In this document: piece after piece, positions 10,441 through 21,038 of the stretch
Position numbering within the stretch: position 1 is the stretch's first letter
Layout of the letters: each line of letters begins with the position of its first letter
Source of the DNA: a virus
Length of the DNA stretch: 64,000 bases
Direction: 5' to 3' (one strand)
Virus record (IMG/VR): IMGVR_UViG_3300037755_000305
Location: 120,112 to 184,111 of that record
The notes under the pieces: model-generated
Database searches by the model: none
What the model was told of the DNA's origin: nothing
The model's input: the letters and a program-made list of their open reading frames with translations, nothing else
Program-made: the position numbers and the translations under genes

Positions 10441-12424
10441 GAAAGCCGCGCTTAGTCGCTAAATTAGCGCCAGATGTTTTTTTTCTCGGGTCAATTCCGC
10501 TAGACCCTCTGCTCTTACTAGAGATAACCCCCAGGTTGCCGCCTGCGCCGCCCGCTGCCTCTATAGAATAGATCCTTTTCAGCTCTGGTCTGGCGATATG
10601 GTACATTCCCAAAGCCAGTGCGCGGAACATGTCATCTTCGCCATTTAGCGGTTTTGTCACTCTTCGTCCAACCTGTCGTACAGTCAGCATTTGTAAGATC
10701 AGTCCAAGAATTGGCTTGCCGTCCACAAATTCTATAGGGTTCTCGTAAGTCATTCGCAAATCTTCTACGGGTAACTCTGGCTTTGGCAGAATAAGTTCGC
10801 CAGAACTCAAACGTGCAGCGATCTCTACCAAATCCATAAATTTCAGTGTATACTGCTCAGACATGACTTTGTATTGTCGAAGCTTTTGAACCAAGTCTGT
10901 ACTATTCCATGTGTCCGAGAACATGTGCTTTATTAATAATCCGCTAACCAGTGGCTTGAAACAATGCTCCCACATTAGAGCGAAGTTAATTGGTATACCT
11001 TCCTCGGGCGGAACGTCAAATACGTAATCAACTCTCGGGCGATCCATCTTTGCATCCCAGGTCATCAACATAACAGCAAAATGGTTGCGTTTCTCGCCAG
11101 CGTCTACTAACAGCATTCTAGGCTTGCGTTTGTCGATGTGTGGAATCTCTACCTTAGCATACTTAGTCTTGTTTCCAAAATCGTCGATGTTATATTCCAT
11201 CTTGACTCTAATCAGGTTGTGCTTGTGTTCTGGGTTAATCATTAGATCAACACAGTTAGGATTGTCAATGAACGGGTCATTTGCCAAAGGAGGTACAGCG
11301 CCAAAGTCTCTTTCGGCTACCATTTTGCTTTTGTCATACTCTGGTTGTAAGCTTTCACGAGAAATGAAGGGATTAGCTTCCCAGGTAGGATAGTGGTAGG
11401 CGTAGATCTTCCTGTTGGTTCGTGCAGCTCGCACAGATCGCATAATGCGGTCGTTCTTATCTGAAGGGCTGGATATGTTGCAGGCGTAACCATCAGGCAG
11501 ATTGAATAGACTCCTCTTAGCTCTAAGCGTTTCAACCATGGAACGAACAGTTCGCAAAGAGTTATCCAGAGAAGCGGAAATTTCATCAGCAGACATAGTT
11601 ACCGATTGTTTAGCGGCATCTGCCTCCATCCATCCGATCTCGTCAATTGCGGTAAAAAACCTAGTCTTACCACGAAGGCGACGCTTGTTGGGAGCCTCGT
11701 ACATGCACGCGATGCGTTTGTGTTTGTACACGAGGAACGTTCTTGGTCTGTGAAGCAGTTCCGTACCAAGACGTTCTCCAGTGTCAGCCAGTAGCTTGTG
11801 GTATTCTACAAACCAGGGTGCCTGATCGACATACTCTTTGAAAGGCGTCCACAAAGAGGCTTCAGCCTGACCGGCAGAAATAGCGGTCATGGACATGTAT
11901 AGCTGGGAAGATGACAATAGACCTAGAGTACGAATAGGATCAGGTATACAAAGATATCGGTGCAGAATGTAGGCTGCAACCATTGCCACAACGGCAGACT
12001 TTCCAGAGCGCTGTCCGGCGCAGCCTGCCAATTCGTAAGGGTTGTGGAAATATCCCTGTTTAACGAAATCGTTTCGGTTCTTGCCACACTTAGGGCACAA
12101 GCCAAATTTCAGCAGCTTGACATTCTCTAGGATCTCGCCCATAGGCTGATCGAACAGGTCTAGGTCGCGCTCTTCTCCGTGAACCCAATCAGGATTAGAA
12201 CACTCCGGGCAATACTCCTCGAAGAACGAAAGACCTACTTCGATCTGTCTGGGATACGGCAACACGTTTAGGAACTTCTTGTTGATGCAGAAATCTAAAA
12301 AGTTAGGGGATTTGGCTACGTCACCCTCGTCAATGGTGGAGAAAATACCGGGATCGAGATCGGAAGCCAAAGCTTCTTCAATCATGCTCGACGGGGACCA
12401 CTGTTCTGAGACAGCCCTTGCCAT
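10430..12424 (-). CDS. Terminase large subunit
   Basis: Walker A GQRSGKS, Walker B FTAIDE, nuclease acidic residues LLVDAG and GEDD; N-terminal Cys insert. Start taken at ATG 12424. Confidence 0.9.
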   Translation of the reverse strand: MARAVSEQWSPSSMIEEALASDLDPGIFSTIDEGDVAKSPNFLDFCINKKFLNVLPYPRQIEVGLSFFEEYCPECSNPDWVHGEERDLDLFDQPMGEILENVKLLKFGLCPKCGKNRNDFVKQGYFHNPYELAGCAGQRSGKSAVVAMVAAYILHRYLCIPDPIRTLGLLSSSQLYMSMTAISAGQAEASLWTPFKEYVDQAPWFVEYHKLLADTGERLGTELLHRPRTFLVYKHKRIACMYEAPNKRRLRGKTRFFTAIDEIGWMEADAAKQSVTMSADEISASLDNSLRTVRSMVETLRAKRSLFNLPDGYACNISSPSDKNDRIMRSVRAARTNRKIYAYHYPTWEANPFISRESLQPEYDKSKMVAERDFGAVPPLANDPFIDNPNCVDLMINPEHKHNLIRVKMEYNIDDFGNKTKYAKVEIPHIDKRKPRMLLVDAGEKRNHFAVMLMTWDAKMDRPRVDYVFDVPPEEGIPINFALMWEHCFKPLVSGLLIKHMFSDTWNSTDLVQKLRQYKVMSEQYTLKFMDLVEIAARLSSGELILPKPELPVEDLRMTYENPIEFVDGKPILGLILQMLTVRQVGRRVTKPLNGEDDMFRALALGMYHIARPELKRIYSIEAAGGAGGNLGVISSKSRGSSGIDPRKKTSGANLATKRGFRGR

Positions 12425-12425
12425 A

Positions 12426-13055
12426 TTATTTGCTCTTCTTAATCTTGGAGCACAGAAGGTCTTCGAGGCGTCGGCGACCATCGTCGTAAGCTTCGTCCAT
12501 TCCGCCTCGAATACCAGACAGCAAGTCGCGCATCTCGTGTGTGACTACACCAGCATTCTCTGCTGGTGTAATTGCCATAAGAGCAGATCTCTTTCTTTCG
12601 GCCTCCGACGTTAGGATCTTGATGAATTCCGCAATCATGGGACGAATTACAGCTTCTTCAACTTCACTCGCCAAATCCATTGGGTCCTGTCGTTCCTCGA
12701 TAGACTTCACCAGTTCTCTAGTCATATTCTGCATCTGTGTCAGAGCTGTGGCTGTTCCCTGGCGCGGATTAGCGTGATAGGCTATCTCCGCCATCTCCGT
12801 CGCCCTAAGTGTAATCTGAAGATTTCGCCGAAGGACTTCTTTGAACGGCAAGGAGTTGATAGAAGCATCGTCCGAAACCAGAGATGACAAATCTACCATT
12901 GTAGGAACGACTCGAAGATCCCCGTCAGCGTCTAGAAACGGGTCATCATTACGTTCGTCCCTGTCTTCCTTTTCTCGTCCAGCTTTGGTAAGATCGTCTA
13001 AAAGGGCTTCCGAAGCAGCGTCCTCCGATTTGGACATTCTTTTGGGTCTGGGCAT
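12426..13055 (-). CDS. Helical protein, candidate terminase small subunit
   Basis: Immediately upstream of TerL; helical composition. Positional inference. Confidence 0.4.
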   Translation of the reverse strand: MPRPKRMSKSEDAASEALLDDLTKAGREKEDRDERNDDPFLDADGDLRVVPTMVDLSSLVSDDASINSLPFKEVLRRNLQITLRATEMAEIAYHANPRQGTATALTQMQNMTRELVKSIEERQDPMDLASEVEEAVIRPMIAEFIKILTSEAERKRSALMAITPAENAGVVTHEMRDLLSGIRGGMDEAYDDGRRRLEDLLCSKIKKSK

Positions 13056-13403
13056 TTACAGTATCCTTTGGCCGTCGGAATCTATTACGTACAGCTCTAG
13101 GTTTTCCCCTGACGTAAGAGTGAGACCAACTCGTGTATTGTCGTTCAAAACGAACTCCACACCCTTACCTTTAGCCTTCATGGTAGAAATGCTTTTACCC
13201 TCAACCAAAATAGACATGTCCGCAATAAGTTCGTTGCGAAGTTGGTCTTCTGTAAGCGGCCTTAGATTTATGTGGGGATGCCATTTACCATCTTCCGCCA
13301 ATTTTACGTCGCGTCCGCCAAGTTCAATAGGCGTTACAATTTTGCCATTAAGGATGGCTTTGCGCCCATTCTTAACGTCCTCAGTCGTCAAGAAGTAACT
13401 CAT
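13056..13403 (-). CDS. Hypothetical protein
   Basis: MSYFLTTED...; packed in the operon. Confidence 0.55.
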   Translation of the reverse strand: MSYFLTTEDVKNGRKAILNGKIVTPIELGGRDVKLAEDGKWHPHINLRPLTEDQLRNELIADMSILVEGKSISTMKAKGKGVEFVLNDNTRVGLTLTSGENLELYVIDSDGQRIL

Positions 13404-14007
13404 TTTCGGGCTCCTCCTCTTCAGACACACTGAATTGGTCGTTGAAAAGAGTATGCAACGGGGAATATCCTCGCTGCGTGCTAAGCTGACCACTCCAGGG
13501 AGACTGTTCCATATTTCGCAAGTCAGCAATGATGGATTTTACAGTTTCTCTTACATGAGAATTCACATTGTACGGATTGATACGAGTATCTCGATTACGA
13601 ATCTCGTTGATCTGGTCGTCGATAGCGCGACGTTGCTCGCTTAGTTTGCGAAACTGCTCGTCCAAATCACGCTTATGTTGCGTCAAGTCACCCAGCTCAT
13701 CCTTCTGCTCTGTGTCTTCTCTACGTTGGCGAGACGGGTCCATGCGTCCACGGTGCATATATGGGGAAATGAACTCACCGCCGGGCTGTCCTCGCAAAGA
13801 GTCATCCTTTTTAGGACGATCTCCTATGCGCTGGTCGCCACGATCTATTCTATCAATTGGAGTCACTTCGTCGGGAGAGTCCAGTTGGGGAACCCGTTCG
13901 ATAGGGGTGATCTTTTCCATTCTGGGAGGCTGGGGCAGAGCACGTTTAGGCATTGTCACTCCTAGGCTGCTTGTTTGTCGCACCTGTACACGAACAGGGC
14001 GGGACAA
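13381..14007 (-). CDS. Hypothetical protein with coiled coil
   Basis: 208-aa ORF in the operon; heptad-like middle segment. Confidence 0.55.
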   Translation of the reverse strand: MSRPVRVQVRQTSSLGVTMPKRALPQPPRMEKITPIERVPQLDSPDEVTPIDRIDRGDQRIGDRPKKDDSLRGQPGGEFISPYMHRGRMDPSRQRREDTEQKDELGDLTQHKRDLDEQFRKLSEQRRAIDDQINEIRNRDTRINPYNVNSHVRETVKSIIADLRNMEQSPWSGQLSTQRGYSPLHTLFNDQFSVSEEEEPENELLLDD

Positions 14008-14052
14008 GCAGTGTTCTCCCAGGGATGTTGCCCATCTCGTTTATTGTGCTGA

Positions 14053-14853
14053 TTACCTGAATTTTCCGTTCAGGTCTCTTGCTATCTGCTGACCGTAGTC
14101 CTTGAATCCGTAAGCTTCCTCGAAGTAGTCTCCAAGCTTCTCCTTCAAATTGCTCTCGGTCTGGCTACTCCAGCGAAGAACTTCAGTCACCGCCTCGCGA
14201 GGTACCGTGAAGGTGCCTCCGTCCTCGGCATTGATCTTGATGCCCTTCTCCTGGATCTGGGTCACCTCGCCCTGTAGGACTGAGCTATTCCAATAGAAGC
14301 GTACCAACGCCCCCTTCTCTACCTGATTAATACCAGCAGAAAGAGCGTTGGCAAGACATACCTTACCGGAATACTGTGAAGTCATTCGGTTTCGGCGCTC
14401 CTGAAGAATCGCTCCTATGTCATCACGCATGACACGAGCAAGATACTTAGTCTGCTCGTCACCCATCACTTCCCAGGTCTCTCCCATGTCGGAATCAACG
14501 TACTGGGTACTCGCGATGGCTGTCATTGAGCCGCTGTCTTCCAGTCGGCGCGTGGGGCGGTAGATCTCAGCTACGAGAGAAACTGCTTCGATGTCCGCGT
14601 GGACCTTGGCAGTTGCCATCTGCGGGACAATTTGTCCTGCAAAGCTCTTGACCATGTACTCCGAAATGTCATTTCCCGTGGGAATGCCAAATCGTTCTCC
14701 AAAGCCAATGAGAATCTGAGCTGTGGTTTGGTTGATGGTTCGGTAATCTCCAAGGTAAAGATCAGCACGGTGGCCTACCTTGCTTTGCATCTTACCGCGA
14801 AGGCGAGCCAGCATTCGCTGTTCCCGCTGACCCGAGTCGTCGTTGTTAGACAT
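14053..14853 (-). CDS. Hypothetical protein
   Basis: GGGGAG RBS before ATG 14853; long ORF. Confidence 0.6.
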   Translation of the reverse strand: MSNNDDSGQREQRMLARLRGKMQSKVGHRADLYLGDYRTINQTTAQILIGFGERFGIPTGNDISEYMVKSFAGQIVPQMATAKVHADIEAVSLVAEIYRPTRRLEDSGSMTAIASTQYVDSDMGETWEVMGDEQTKYLARVMRDDIGAILQERRNRMTSQYSGKVCLANALSAGINQVEKGALVRFYWNSSVLQGEVTQIQEKGIKINAEDGGTFTVPREAVTEVLRWSSQTESNLKEKLGDYFEEAYGFKDYGQQIARDLNGKFR

Positions 14854-14912
14854 ACAGTTCTCTCCCCGCAAGTGTGCGTTGGACTCCTACATGTAGATAA
14901 TAAGGTCGTTTA

Positions 14913-15596
14913 TTACTCAAGTTCGCTAATAATTGTGTCGAGTACACCTAAAATTCTAATGGCTGGGTGGGCGAATACCAGTTCGGCTGGTGCTGAATTT
15001 TCTAGGACAGGATTGACCTTCGACAGAAAAGACGGTGCCAAAGTGCCAGCAGTGATTACAAAGTTGTCATCTTCGTTCACGTTTGCTCGAATTTCGGGAA
15101 TTTCGTACTTCTCAAAGCCTCCAGTGATACCGACAGTTTCCGTAGAGTTTTCGCGTAGTTGCAGCATTCCGTCCTCTATGACAGATTCCACTTCTTCGGT
15201 AGGTGTATTGTACAAAAAAGCGATCTCTTCGACCGCTAAACTCTCACTCCCTTGCACGTCTAGATACTCCAGAAGGCAGTTTCGAGACCACTCGTTATCA
15301 ATGTGGTACTTGCATCGGCTTAGATTACAGGGACTTACGACCTGCATTTGCGTAAAAGGACATTCCACACCTGGGCGTCTAATTGTCCCAGGAGGCGTTT
15401 CAATGCCAAAATCAGACAACCGATTTACTGCCTCCTCTCTCTCGTCGGAAGACATTTGTGGCAAATTTCTCAGGATTTCCTCCAATTCATAAACCGCTGA
15501 TTTTCTTGACATTATTCCTCCCACATGTGTAACCAAAGACTCCAGCCCTCTGGGGGTTATCTTTAGTATAGCGCCAAGCTTCCACACCGAGGACAA
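14913..15596 (-). CDS. Cys-rich protein with sigma-region-4-like HTH
   Basis: CP...C...C.YH...NC followed by LAVEEIAFLYNTPTEEVESVIEDGMLQLR. Start may be 15512. Confidence 0.45.
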   Translation of the reverse strand: MSSVWKLGAILKITPRGLESLVTHVGGIMSRKSAVYELEEILRNLPQMSSDEREEAVNRLSDFGIETPPGTIRRPGVECPFTQMQVVSPCNLSRCKYHIDNEWSRNCLLEYLDVQGSESLAVEEIAFLYNTPTEEVESVIEDGMLQLRENSTETVGITGGFEKYEIPEIRANVNEDDNFVITAGTLAPSFLSKVNPVLENSAPAELVFAHPAIRILGVLDTIISELE

Positions 15597-15611
15597 AATT
15601 CCCCGTATCGG

Positions 15612-15638
15612 TTATCGGCGCATAAATCTAAAACTTGA
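15612..15638 (-). promoter_or_regulatory. sigma28-type promoter
   Basis: TCAA-N15-GCCGATAA on the minus strand. Confidence 0.7.
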
Positions 15639-15644
15639 GACAAA

Positions 15645-16190
15645 ATGAAAATTCTCGCACTAGATCCTGGTAAGATCAACTTCGCATTCGCCGTAATGGA
15701 GGACATGAAAGTTCTCGAAGTTGGATATATCCCCTGCATCAAGGATCTGAAAAGGGCAGCTTTTGAGAAGGAGTCTCACGGTTTCAGGAATCGCTACTTC
15801 GACCTGCTGGAGAAGCACCAGCCAGATATGGTCGTGGCGGAGAGGTTCATGGCCAGACCTGGAGGCACCGGAGGTGCTGTTGGTGAATACATCAACATCA
15901 TGCTGGGTATCTTGTGTACCGTGAATTCCAGTAGAGGAATTACGACCGAACTTGTCACATCGGCGTCATGGAAAAACTATCTGAACAGCCGCTACGGTCG
16001 GGTGGAGAACATGAAGGAGCACTTCACCCACCTGAGTATCCACGAGGCAGACGCCCTGGGTATTGCTGTGTATTCGATGGAGGGGTCTTTGGACGAAAAA
16101 GGAAAACTCCTCAAGCGAGTGAAACGCTTGAAGCGGTACCCGTTCGTCGGCAGGGAGCCTAAGAAGGCCAGGGTGCGAAAGAAAGACTAG
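15645..16190 (+). CDS. RuvC-like Holliday junction resolvase
   Basis: MKILALDPG, VVAERF and HEADALGIA RuvC motifs. Confidence 0.8.
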   Translation: MKILALDPGKINFAFAVMEDMKVLEVGYIPCIKDLKRAAFEKESHGFRNRYFDLLEKHQPDMVVAERFMARPGGTGGAVGEYINIMLGILCTVNSSRGITTELVTSASWKNYLNSRYGRVENMKEHFTHLSIHEADALGIAVYSMEGSLDEKGKLLKRVKRLKRYPFVGREPKKARVRKKD

Positions 16191-16681
16191 AGAATTCCGT
16201 GGGAAGCGATGCTGATCGCCTTTGTAAGAGCGAAACGAGCCAGTACGGACATAGTGTGCAGCAGATCACCCAACATCTCTTTCTTGGCATCTACGCGCTT
16301 TCTAATACCAGCCATGGCGTCTGCGTTGGCTTCCGCTTCGGCAATTAGGGATTCTTCGTCCAGCGAAGATACGAGGCTTTTGTACGCCTCTTCGTCAAAC
16401 TCTCCACCTTTTCGGAATATTTTCTCGAAAACAAAGGAGAATTCGTTCTTCGTCATGCTGAAAAGTGTCTTGTGGTGCTGCTTCACGAAAGAAATAGCTT
16501 CGTTTATTGCAGCACCTCCAATCTCTGCACCAAAGCTGGCCAAAGCTCCCGTCACACCTCCCATATCAACAGCCTTGTCTCCCAGGAAGTCCGTGATTTC
16601 AGTCACCGGATTGTCAGCTTCCTTGGACTTCACCGAAAAATATGCGATAAGCGTTTTGATAAGCTCTAGAAACCACTTCAT
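16187..16681 (-). CDS. Hypothetical protein
   Basis: MKWFLELIK...; start overlaps the upstream stop. Confidence 0.55.
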   Translation of the reverse strand: MKWFLELIKTLIAYFSVKSKEADNPVTEITDFLGDKAVDMGGVTGALASFGAEIGGAAINEAISFVKQHHKTLFSMTKNEFSFVFEKIFRKGGEFDEEAYKSLVSSLDEESLIAEAEANADAMAGIRKRVDAKKEMLGDLLHTMSVLARFALTKAISIASHGIL

Positions 16682-17034
16682 TTCGCCACCCCTTCCGCTT
16701 CTCGCCACGTTCTCTTGAACGCCTCAAGAATTCTTGCTGCTGCCTTGTCTGACAGTTCTCGACTTTCTGCCGAGTAGCAAACTACCCCTTGCTTCCGCAT
16801 GACGACATTCGCATCATCAATTTCTCGGGCTCTGCCAAACCACGGATAAGCCCTCTCAGGACCTTCGGCAAAAGCTCTAGCACCGGTGTAGAAATCTTCG
16901 CACATGTCCTCAGTGATTTCATCGGCATATTGTGTCTTGTTGGATAGCTGCTCAATTACGATAGGGTCGTAGTGGGCGCAACCTGAAAACAGAAGCACAG
17001 TTACAAAAATTGCAAAAATTGCAACGGTTCTCAT
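16678..17034 (-). CDS. Putative lipoprotein
   Basis: Hydrophobic signal peptide with lipobox LFSG-C. Confidence 0.65.
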   Translation of the reverse strand: MRTVAIFAIFVTVLLFSGCAHYDPIVIEQLSNKTQYADEITEDMCEDFYTGARAFAEGPERAYPWFGRAREIDDANVVMRKQGVVCYSAESRELSDKAAARILEAFKRTWREAEGVAK

Positions 17035-17429
17035 TATTCGTCCTCCAAGTAAGCCAATTCACAAAGCGTTTCGCATTCAGCAGCCAGATCGTCATGCCCC
17101 GCTGATTCAAATATTTCAGCAGCATGTTCGAGCACATAGACCATTTTCTGCCTATCTGCTTCTCGGTCTCTAAATCGAATATCGTTGATTTCTTCTTTAG
17201 TTTTTGGAGGAAGAAGGGGATTCCACAGAGGTTCCCTGGGGTGTCCTTGGAAGAAATCCCGCCAACCGTCTGTTCCGTGGGGATCGAGACCTTCGTTCTC
17301 TTCGGAAAATGTAGGGGTTTTGGTTCGGAACTTTTGATCTGATGTACCAAACCAGTCGCCCGGGGCGGGTTTAGGTCGCTCGCCCGCTTCCTCGTCATCG
17401 TCGGCTCTGAAAAACTTTGGTTGGGACAC
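17034..17429 (-). CDS. Hypothetical protein
   Basis: Coupled ORF, 131 aa. Confidence 0.45.
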   Translation of the reverse strand: MSQPKFFRADDDEEAGERPKPAPGDWFGTSDQKFRTKTPTFSEENEGLDPHGTDGWRDFFQGHPREPLWNPLLPPKTKEEINDIRFRDREADRQKMVYVLEHAAEIFESAGHDDLAAECETLCELAYLEDE

Positions 17430-17480
17430 AGATATTCCTCCATTCTAGATATAACTTATGTCTTGAATGGAGGGCTCGCA

Positions 17481-18458
17481 ATGCTAAGAAAAGCAGATAA
17501 TATCCGCACAACCGACGCCCATCAGGTAAATCGGGACAACTGGGCTTTCGATAAAACCCAGGCAAAAGAAGACTTTCCACATGAAGTTGCTCTGAGAGAT
17601 TTGGTTCCCCGAATTCAGTCCAGAGCCCGAGATGCTTTGGCTGTGGATCGTGTAGAGACTCTCTTTTTTCAGCGAAAGCTAACAGGTCGCCGGTGCTCTT
17701 GCTTCATCGTGGAATCCTCACCCGACGGACAGTGCCAAACCTGTTACGGCACAGGCATCGTTGGAGGCTATACCAAGTTCGGAACAACCGATCTCACAAT
17801 CGACGTTACCAGCCCCAGTCTGCGCTGTGTTAATGTGCGACCGCTCTACGAACTTCAAGCGCGCCCTGTACTTATGGGACTGGACGACAGCGCCCTAGAG
17901 GGTTACATTGAGGTTGACGTGGAAATTCGCCAATCTATAGGGGTTACTGACACCTTCAAATTCGTTGCCAGAACGACATCCCTCACACAGAACAACAGCA
18001 TCACACCTCTTGTCCGACGATCGGACGAGACAGACTTTGTTCCTATCACATACGCTAATCTTGATTCCAGACTCAAGTCCCAGAAGCTCACGTTCAGGTT
18101 CGAGTTCTCTCGGGCGACTCTGAGCGATGCCAATCCAATCATGTCGCATTTCTTTCTCAGGGCCAAGCTCGTGAATGACCTGACAGTTCGTGTGGACCTT
18201 CCTAGGGACCGAGAGAGCATTACTTTGGCAGAGTTCGGAATATACGACTCGTGGACCGTGATTACTGGATACTTCGACAACACTGTACCAAGAGTTGGCG
18301 TAGAAGATTTCGTTTTCCGTTGCAGAGATCAGGAATTATGGAAAGTGGTGGATTCAAGCCCCAATCGACCGCTCAACATCCTTACTAGCCACGATGTTAG
18401 CTTACGTCTAGTGCAGACATTCGAGCCTTACGTGAATGTTCCTATAGGTAAGACCTAA
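17481..18458 (+). CDS. Putative neck/head-closure protein
   Basis: GGAGG RBS; CSC...CQTCYGTGIVGGY motif typical of such phage neck proteins; first gene of the plus-strand virion block. Confidence 0.5.
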   Translation: MLRKADNIRTTDAHQVNRDNWAFDKTQAKEDFPHEVALRDLVPRIQSRARDALAVDRVETLFFQRKLTGRRCSCFIVESSPDGQCQTCYGTGIVGGYTKFGTTDLTIDVTSPSLRCVNVRPLYELQARPVLMGLDDSALEGYIEVDVEIRQSIGVTDTFKFVARTTSLTQNNSITPLVRRSDETDFVPITYANLDSRLKSQKLTFRFEFSRATLSDANPIMSHFFLRAKLVNDLTVRVDLPRDRESITLAEFGIYDSWTVITGYFDNTVPRVGVEDFVFRCRDQELWKVVDSSPNRPLNILTSHDVSLRLVQTFEPYVNVPIGKT

Positions 18459-19131
18459 TGAAATTTTGTAGAGGTTGTGAAACAGAGAAACCTATTCACG
18501 CTTTTTCTAAACGTTCAGATAGTCCCAGTGGGGTACAAGCTAGATGCAAAGCATGCTCTAAAGCGTACATGGATAGGAACAGAGAAAAACAAAGAGAAAG
18601 GGTTACCAAAAGGCACCATGAAAGAAAAGCTGATGTAGCCTACGTAAAATCCAGAAGAGCCACGTCTGCTGCCTGGAAGAAAAACAACAAAAACAGGGTG
18701 AACGAGGCGTGGCGAATCCGGGACCAAGATAGGCGCAATTCTGACCTTAACTACAGACTTAGGCGCAATATGCGCTCTAGGTTAAAGCGATATTTCTCAA
18801 ACAAAGCTGGTTCCGTGATAACAGATCTTGGGTGCTCCGTTCCCCACCTTATCACCTATTTGGAGGACCAGTGGGAATCCGGCATGTCTTGGCAGAACTA
18901 CGGAACAGAGTGGGAAATCGACCACATTGAGCCCTTGGCTATTTTTGACCTAGCTGATAGAAAGCAGTTCTTAAAAGCTTGCCATTACAGTAACTTACAA
19001 CCTCTATGGTGTAAAGAACATAGACGTAAGACTGCGAAAGACTTGACAAAAATGCGCAAAATGCGCAAATGACCCTAAGACTGGTCCAGAGCTTCGAGCC
19101 TTACGTGAATGTTCCTATCGGGAAGACATAG
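18402..19131 (+). repeat. 57-bp direct repeat (18402-18458 and 19075-19131) flanking an HNH gene
   Basis: Copies encode LRLVQTFEPYVNVPIGKT* and LRLVQSFEPYVNVPIGKT*; 26-bp identical core TTCGAGCCTTACGTGAATGTTCCTAT. Confidence 0.95.
18458..19072 (+). mobile_element. HNH homing endonuclease
   Basis: N-terminal CRGC...CKAC; C-terminal WEIDHIEPL...HYSNLQPLW. Confidence 0.85.
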
Positions 19132-19233
19132 CTTATCTATTCCCTATAAGGCCAAATTGCCCTGTATGCTGATCGGCCTATAGAATGACGTTGCCGGCGA
19201 CAGTCCGGATGCGTTCTAAGGAGAATAGATACA

Positions 19234-20328
19234 ATGGCAACCCGTACACTCAATGCAAAGACAGATCTCACGTATGAAGAGATCTTCGAGGGATATGCAA
19301 ACGGCAAGTCCCGGCTACCCAAGGTTCTGAAAGATATCGCAGCAGGCACCGGAACTTTTTCCACACTAGCAAACGATGCTGGTGTGGACATTCTGAGGCG
19401 CCGAACAGGCGGAGGTAACTCAGAAAACTCCAGCAATGTTGGTGTTTCTATTTCTTCCCCTGTAGCCAAGCTAATCAGCGCAGCTAGATACAACACGCTT
19501 CTAGCAGGTTACGATCCCGTAGGCGGGCAGCCTAGCCAGAACTACATTGATGCAGACGTTCGTGGTGTCACCAAGGACACTTTTGATCTTCTGGACTTTG
19601 TGTCTGGGGTAAACAACAGCGAACAGTCCAAAGGTTCCGGCAACAAACTGTCAACCCGAGCGGCTAAGCTGAAAGCTCAGGGCTCTAATGTTGTCACGCG
19701 CGATTTCACAGAACTGGTTGCTCTATCTGACCAGGGCTACAATGTTCGAACCAAGTTCGGTGATCGTGTTGGCGGCGGTGGTGCTACGGGCGAGGTTCAC
19801 GGCGTTGACCAGGGAATTCCTGGTCTTATCGCTACAGACTCCCAGGCAATTCTCATCGGCGCAACCGGTGAGACCTTCGATATGTCAGGGGACACTGATA
19901 TGGATGTCGAGGTTGACAACGCAGGCGTTGATGCCGTAATCTACCCGGCATCTACACTGTCCAGAAGTGCTGTTGTTGCTCTAACCAACGGTCAGCTTTC
20001 TTCTGGTGAAGCCGTAAGCATCGGCGAGCAAATTGCTCTTCGATCCAGTGGCCTCGGTTCTCAGGGAGAAATCAGTGTAACAGGAGAAAACACGGTTCTG
20101 GACTTCCCGTTCGGTACTGTGGTAGGGGCTACGGTTGGTGCCTCTTCTTTGTCTACCAACGATACGGTAGTTTCTCTTGGTGCCGCAGCAGTCAACACTA
20201 GGACCAACATCCGATACGGGACCTACCAGTTCGGCGTTCTTCGAATATACACCTCGATCAATGACGCCGCCCCGGTAGCCTACATTCTTCACCCTGATTT
20301 GTTGGACGATCTGGTAGCCAACCAGTAA
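19234..20328 (+). CDS. Virion structural protein (putative)
   Basis: 364 aa, Gly/Ser/Thr/Val-rich, within the virion block. Confidence 0.55.
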   Translation: MATRTLNAKTDLTYEEIFEGYANGKSRLPKVLKDIAAGTGTFSTLANDAGVDILRRRTGGGNSENSSNVGVSISSPVAKLISAARYNTLLAGYDPVGGQPSQNYIDADVRGVTKDTFDLLDFVSGVNNSEQSKGSGNKLSTRAAKLKAQGSNVVTRDFTELVALSDQGYNVRTKFGDRVGGGGATGEVHGVDQGIPGLIATDSQAILIGATGETFDMSGDTDMDVEVDNAGVDAVIYPASTLSRSAVVALTNGQLSSGEAVSIGEQIALRSSGLGSQGEISVTGENTVLDFPFGTVVGATVGASSLSTNDTVVSLGAAAVNTRTNIRYGTYQFGVLRIYTSINDAAPVAYILHPDLLDDLVANQ

Positions 20329-20351
20329 GCCGTAGACAGGAGTCTCGGTTT

Positions 20352-21026
20352 ATGGAAGCTGCAAAGCTCGCACAGCGCATTGGCGTGATTCTGGCACATA
20401 CTTTGCTGTCAGAGGCTAGAAAGCCCATTAGCGTATCTTATGAGTCGGACCAGGGTGTAGACATGAGCTACACCCTGTGTTCTGCCTTCTACGTTCATAT
20501 GTCTGATTTGCAGAACTTGATGAACATGCCGATTGATTTGTGGATCTCTGTAGTCTACAAACTGAACGAGGCGGGGGATCAAGATCTTGGGTTCGCAGTA
20601 GCACACGAAAAGGTGCCTGCCTGCGAACTCAAGGTCTACCCTCTGCCATCAATCAACTACGCCGCCGAAGCCATTAAGCGTTTCATGGCATATAGCATGT
20701 TGCCTTACTTCGATATTGACGGTGTAGCAGCCAAGACTAATCTTGCATTTCTACAAGGAAAGTACGGAAAAGCCGATGGATGGGGTGATACAATCACCTT
20801 ACATATCAAAGCCGAAGACTTTCCTTACGACGTCGATTATGCAGGCGGTGTGTTCAGGGGTTTTTCAGAAAGGCTAATGGAAGCCATGAAGAGAGACGTA
20901 GCCACGGCAATAGGTATCACCGATGATCTTCGTCACAGGGTATATTCAATGGGAAACGAAATTGGGATTGTATTCGTTCCAGAGTCTACATACCTAGCTT
21001 CTCGCGAAGTTCCAAAAGAGTTATAG
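20352..21026 (+). CDS. Hypothetical protein
   Basis: AGGAG RBS; 224 aa. Confidence 0.6.
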   Translation: MEAAKLAQRIGVILAHTLLSEARKPISVSYESDQGVDMSYTLCSAFYVHMSDLQNLMNMPIDLWISVVYKLNEAGDQDLGFAVAHEKVPACELKVYPLPSINYAAEAIKRFMAYSMLPYFDIDGVAAKTNLAFLQGKYGKADGWGDTITLHIKAEDFPYDVDYAGGVFRGFSERLMEAMKRDVATAIGITDDLRHRVYSMGNEIGIVFVPESTYLASREVPKEL

Positions 21027-21038
21027 GAGTAAATAATC

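Noticed and set aside
16187-17034. Spanin pair
   Set aside because: A lipoprotein is present, but its partner lacks a clear N-terminal TM helix plus periplasmic coiled coil, and the pair is far from the endolysin.
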